From the IMG/VR virus record IMGVR_UViG_3300037067_001795, positions 9,772 through 73,771 of that record: 64,000 nt of DNA. The stretch is one strand, 5' to 3'. Below the pieces are notes generated by a model that searched no databases, had not been told where the DNA came from, and saw only the letters and a program-made list of their open reading frames with translations. How positions within the stretch are numbered: the stretch's first letter is position 1; every line of letters begins with the position of its first letter. Positions 60,448-64,000 of the stretch are shown here, one piece after another. The stretch comes from a virus. Taxonomy: Duplodnaviria > Caudoviricetes. The position numbers were made by a program, and so were the translations under genes.

Positions 60448-61846
60448 TAGTGGATTGAGGAAACACCTCATCAAAGAGCTTGCGTAGCTTAGACGTGAGC
60501 CTGTACCGTGGTCTACCCTTGACACCCTTAGAGACCTTGGGCTGGTACACCTCAGTGACGTGTATAGCCTTCAAGAACCTCAGTAGCGTACGCACTCTAC
60601 TGTCTTCCTTGGTGAGCAAGTGTGCAAGGCTAGTAGGTTCCAAGCCTATGTCTCCTGTACCGTGTAGGTGGGCTGCTATGGCTAGGGTCTGGCCTCTACT
60701 AGTGTCTAGGGCTACCTGCCTCACTCTCCTCATTACCTCAGCGTCTACCTCGTTCTTATTCAACACGAAGGCTAGGCACTTGGCTAATCGTACGTGTTGG
60801 CTCACCAGCCTAGCTGCTAGCTCACGCTCTGCTACCTCCTCCTGATGGTAAGAAGGCCTCGCCCTCATGAATGCCACAAACTTACCCAGTCTGGTGCACT
60901 GGTGCTTACCAGTGTCTGGCAGCGTGATGCCTGCCAGGGCCTTGGAAGCATTCTCTCTCAAGAACGTGACGTAGCCTCCAGTCAACTGCATGGCCTCTGC
61001 TAGGGCTGGCTCGTGCTGGCTAGCTGCGTCAGTACCGCTCTCTAGCGCTAAGTTACGGTCAGCACGGTTGGCTACTCGCCAGAGTATCTCGTCCTCTAGG
61101 TCGTCGTCTATACCATCCATGATGACACAGTCTAAGAACCGTTCGCCTAACTCGCTGCTGTCTATACTTCTCAACGAACTAGTACCACACAACAACCAAG
61201 TCATGCGTACGCCGCTATAGTCCTTGCTCATGGCGTTGCGATAATGTGTGCGGCTCGTACTGTCATACAGGTCTCGTGCCTCAGCAAGGATCTGTGACAG
61301 ATTAGGACTTTGTAGGAGGGTATCACCGTCCTTGGTGACCAGAGTCTTGCCACGTATCTGTGGTATCAGACTATGATCCTGCTCACCACCTCCACCACCT
61401 TCCTCAGGGCTGTCTAGCTTGTAGCCACTGTGAAAGCCTCGGATCGTACTCTTGGCTAACACGTACTCGTGGTTGACGCTGATGGCTTCACATAGCGTAC
61501 TCTTGCCACAGGCTGCTGGACCTATGACCTTGATCCAGAGTTGGTCGCCAACAGCCTTAGTGCTGGCGACTGAAGCAAGCATCACGGCTAATGCATGATC
61601 CAGTCCGTCAGTCCAGCGCATGGCTTTACGCCAAGACATGATCAACTCACGGTAACTGTTGCAGGGTAGGCACTCCATGGTGCCGTCGTCTGTACCATCG
61701 CCGTCGTTGTTTTTGGACGAGGCTTTTGCTGCCGTTTTAAGCCACGCGTCGGGCACAGGTAGTAAACCACGTACTAGGGCCTGCAAAGCCGCTATTCGGG
61801 CTGCCAGGGGCCTTGCTGGGCGTTTTTTAAGGGGGGCTACGGGCAT
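60443..61846 (-). CDS. AAA+ (MCM/SF3-like) replicative helicase
   Basis: GPAACGKST, LVTKDG, RDLYD, LGERF. Confidence 0.75.
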   Translation of the reverse strand: MPVAPLKKRPARPLAARIAALQALVRGLLPVPDAWLKTAAKASSKNNDGDGTDDGTMECLPCNSYRELIMSWRKAMRWTDGLDHALAVMLASVASTKAVGDQLWIKVIGPAACGKSTLCEAISVNHEYVLAKSTIRGFHSGYKLDSPEEGGGGGEQDHSLIPQIRGKTLVTKDGDTLLQSPNLSQILAEARDLYDSTSRTHYRNAMSKDYSGVRMTWLLCGTSSLRSIDSSELGERFLDCVIMDGIDDDLEDEILWRVANRADRNLALESGTDAASQHEPALAEAMQLTGGYVTFLRENASKALAGITLPDTGKHQCTRLGKFVAFMRARPSYHQEEVAERELAARLVSQHVRLAKCLAFVLNKNEVDAEVMRRVRQVALDTSRGQTLAIAAHLHGTGDIGLEPTSLAHLLTKEDSRVRTLLRFLKAIHVTEVYQPKVSKGVKGRPRYRLTSKLRKLFDEVFPQSTT

Positions 61847-61859
61847 AGGGGGTGTCTCC

Positions 61860-62765
61860 TTACGGTGTGGTCAGTAAATCGCGTATGTCGTAGCCACTTG
61901 GCCTCTGCAAATCAAACTGCTCTGCCTCGCCCCACCGCAGGTAACTAATGGACTCCGGCGGCTCCTTGGCATGGGCCAGTATGGACGCCGCGCGTTGCAA
62001 CCCCCTCAGTGCAGCAGGAGGCTCCATACGCTCAGTCTTGGGGTTCATGCGTGGATGGTCGTTGTCGTAGCAAAGGTACACGGTCTTGCCACGAAACAGC
62101 TTGAGCCACGAGTCAAAAAACGTCATGCACCCTGGAACAGCCAGTACATTCGCCGTAGCAGCCCAACAATGGTCCTGACTGGCTGTCTCATGCAACGTGC
62201 CTTGACTGTCCATCTTCACACGGCACAGCACTTCCCAGAGAGCCATGGCATCCCAGGGGCCTTCACACAGGAACACCTCGTCCTTCTGCTTGGAGTACAG
62301 GTTGACCCCGTGCAAGTGGTGACCCATTGTAGGCGTCGGCAGTAGCTTGTGCTTACCCTTCACAGTTACCCACCGATACAACTGACGCAACGTACCGTCA
62401 GCAGCGTATCCAGGCACCATCCATACACCATCCACGGTAGACTTGCACACGCCCCACGCCATCAGCGTATCTGGGTAGAGCAACCGACGCTCCGTAGCCA
62501 GATCTGTGTAAGTCGCAGTCATCTCATCACTGCGTGTCCACAGTTGCTGCAAGAACGACTGTGCATTGCAACCGCCCTTCTCCTTGCCGCAGTCGCAGAC
62601 CCAACATCTACACTTGCTCGTAGCCACGTTCACACTGAACTTGCCTTCTGCACCACAGAACGGACACGTGCCGACGGCCTCCTTCTCGCCAGCACGGTAC
62701 TGCACCTCCACCCCATGAAACAAGTACGGCTTGATCGTATCCGGTATCTCACTCTTGCTCGGCAT
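61860..62765 (-). CDS. DNA primase (Zn finger plus TOPRIM)
   Basis: CPFC...CWVC; FLCEGPWDAMAL; YDND; GYDIRD. Confidence 0.88.
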   Translation of the reverse strand: MPSKSEIPDTIKPYLFHGVEVQYRAGEKEAVGTCPFCGAEGKFSVNVATSKCRCWVCDCGKEKGGCNAQSFLQQLWTRSDEMTATYTDLATERRLLYPDTLMAWGVCKSTVDGVWMVPGYAADGTLRQLYRWVTVKGKHKLLPTPTMGHHLHGVNLYSKQKDEVFLCEGPWDAMALWEVLCRVKMDSQGTLHETASQDHCWAATANVLAVPGCMTFFDSWLKLFRGKTVYLCYDNDHPRMNPKTERMEPPAALRGLQRAASILAHAKEPPESISYLRWGEAEQFDLQRPSGYDIRDLLTTP

Positions 62766-63597
62766 AGTGGTCGATCTCCTTGATCATCTTAAACGCCTCT
62801 GCCCTGGTCATCCCTTGTTTCAGGTAGACGGTTGTGTAGGCACTACCAGTCTCACCCTGCCTGAATACTTTGCACTGTGGACTTATGTCCTCCCACAGAT
62901 GGCAACCATGACCATCTGTAACGATCATTCTGCCAATACCTTTGCTCATGTCAAAGTCGAATTGGCGGATGGTAGCCTGATTGAGTGAGTATTCGTTTGT
63001 GGAGCCGTTTGTCGTGGTGCGGATTATGAATGTCATATTCCACCCGTTGATGCATCGTACATCATCACACACAACTACGTGATCACCCTCTGCCAGAGAT
63101 TCCTGCAGGACTTCATCCTTGAAAGCACGATTAGCTGCAAGCCTATCTGGAAACTTTTCCACCTCACCCCCATTCTCAAGCACCTCACGCTCGGCTGCAC
63201 GGTCGCGGTTCTCCTCGGCTGCTAGCTCGTCCGTGTACTTCTCTGGGTATCGCTTGCGTAGCTTGGCGATGTTGGCCTCCATAATGTCGCCCATATCCAA
63301 CTGCAGAGCGTTGCACATCTCAGCCGCGTACCAGAACAGGTCACCCAGCTCCTCCCTGACGTTGATCACATCAAGCGGCTTGCCGTAGTAGATCCACCGT
63401 TCGATCGCTGCTGCCAACTCACCTGCCTCGCCTGCGATACCAATCGCAGCGTGATTGGCTCGCACTGGAATGAGCTTGCTTTCCAGTTGCCTCGGATGCA
63501 CATCCTCGTAGGGCCTATAGCTGACCATACGGTCCAGCGCAGCCCATTGATCACACTCAGTCCTTGCCGCCAGTTTCTGATACTCTTTCGGATCCAT
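62749..63597 (-). CDS. MazG-like nucleotide pyrophosphohydrolase with C-terminal extension
   Basis: GIAGEAGE, EELGDLFWY, NIAKLRKRYP. Confidence 0.9.
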   Translation of the reverse strand: MDPKEYQKLAARTECDQWAALDRMVSYRPYEDVHPRQLESKLIPVRANHAAIGIAGEAGELAAAIERWIYYGKPLDVINVREELGDLFWYAAEMCNALQLDMGDIMEANIAKLRKRYPEKYTDELAAEENRDRAAEREVLENGGEVEKFPDRLAANRAFKDEVLQESLAEGDHVVVCDDVRCINGWNMTFIIRTTTNGSTNEYSLNQATIRQFDFDMSKGIGRMIVTDGHGCHLWEDISPQCKVFRQGETGSAYTTVYLKQGMTRAEAFKMIKEIDHYAEQE

Positions 63598-64000
63598 CAG
63601 TACTTCCTTATCTCCCAGAAGACAGTGTTATGACCGGGGACGGTTCCCCAACAAGTCGAGAACGCTGAGAACTCAACGACATGGCCTGGATAGGCCTCCA
63701 ACAAATACTCTAGCCACTGGTAGCTTAGGTCGTTCATCGACCGTCGTACTAGCATCTTGGCCTCCAGCCCCCGCCTCGACATAGGCCGCATCCGTAAGGC
63801 TTCACGCATCGGCCTACCTAGGCAGCCGCGAGCCCCGTAGAATTCCCAGCCCCAGATGCCCTCCATAACTTCACCTTGAAGTACGTTGAGATAGTGGGGA
63901 GCCATGGCACTGATATAGACCTTCTCGCCACTATTGATAGCCAGCGACCACTTGAACGGCACTTTCTTGAAGCAAACATCGTACCACGTAGGCCCCCCAG
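63597..64000 (-). CDS. Hypothetical protein (5'-partial)
   Basis: Frame stays open to the window end (...GGPTWYDVCFKKVPFKW). Confidence 0.6.
   Translation of the reverse strand, partial: GGPTWYDVCFKKVPFKWSLAINSGEKVYISAMAPHYLNVLQGEVMEGIWGWEFYGARGCLGRPMREALRMRPMSRRGLEAKMLVRRSMNDLSYQWLEYLLEAYPGHVVEFSAFSTCWGTVPGHNTVFWEIRKY

Noticed and set aside
1-64000. tRNA, rRNA, integrase/att sites, DGR or retron reverse transcriptase
   Set aside because: No cloverleaf, tyrosine/serine recombinase or YxDD RT motif noticed by eye; not an exhaustive scan

Overview
A 64-kb segment of a tailed dsDNA phage (siphovirus-like HK97-fold head, tape measure and tail tube; no integrase in this window). The host may be Planctomycetota, a weak inference from CsrA, the UvrD N-terminal module and a papain/CAP lysis-position cassette. 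Layout from left to right: (1) a minus-strand recombination and repair block with an SSB-like protein, CsrA, an AAA_24 ATPase, a PD-(D/E)XK nuclease, UDG and RuvC; (2) a plus-strand island with a ParB-like protein, an HTH protein and a UvrD helicase; (3) a nine-gene sugar-modification and glycosyltransferase cluster; (4) tail, head and packaging genes; (5) a helicase, a primase and MazG. The standout feature is at 3632-5290. A nuclease-less Nop/IS110-Tnp-domain gene is flanked on both sides by 7+7 hairpin units of strict geometry: variable stem-CGA-N9-TGTAACCGA-N9-TG-stem, read on the minus strand. This is a stem-loop TIGR-Tas-like RNA-guided system with 14 distinct dual-spacer guides. Other notable items: an Ala1 intein in the MuF head protein whose coding sequence hides a complete antisense HTH-DUF559-like endonuclease ORF; a recurring YNPNQPRD..G module that grafts ART-like and HEXXH payloads onto portal, MuF and the prohead protease; a split terminase with a micro-ORF in the gap; a DesI/DesII-like enzyme pair; an N-acyl amino acid synthase-like GNAT; and a ~90-bp promoter/palindrome module duplicated 51 kb apart. 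All family calls come from motif recognition by eye; no searches were run.
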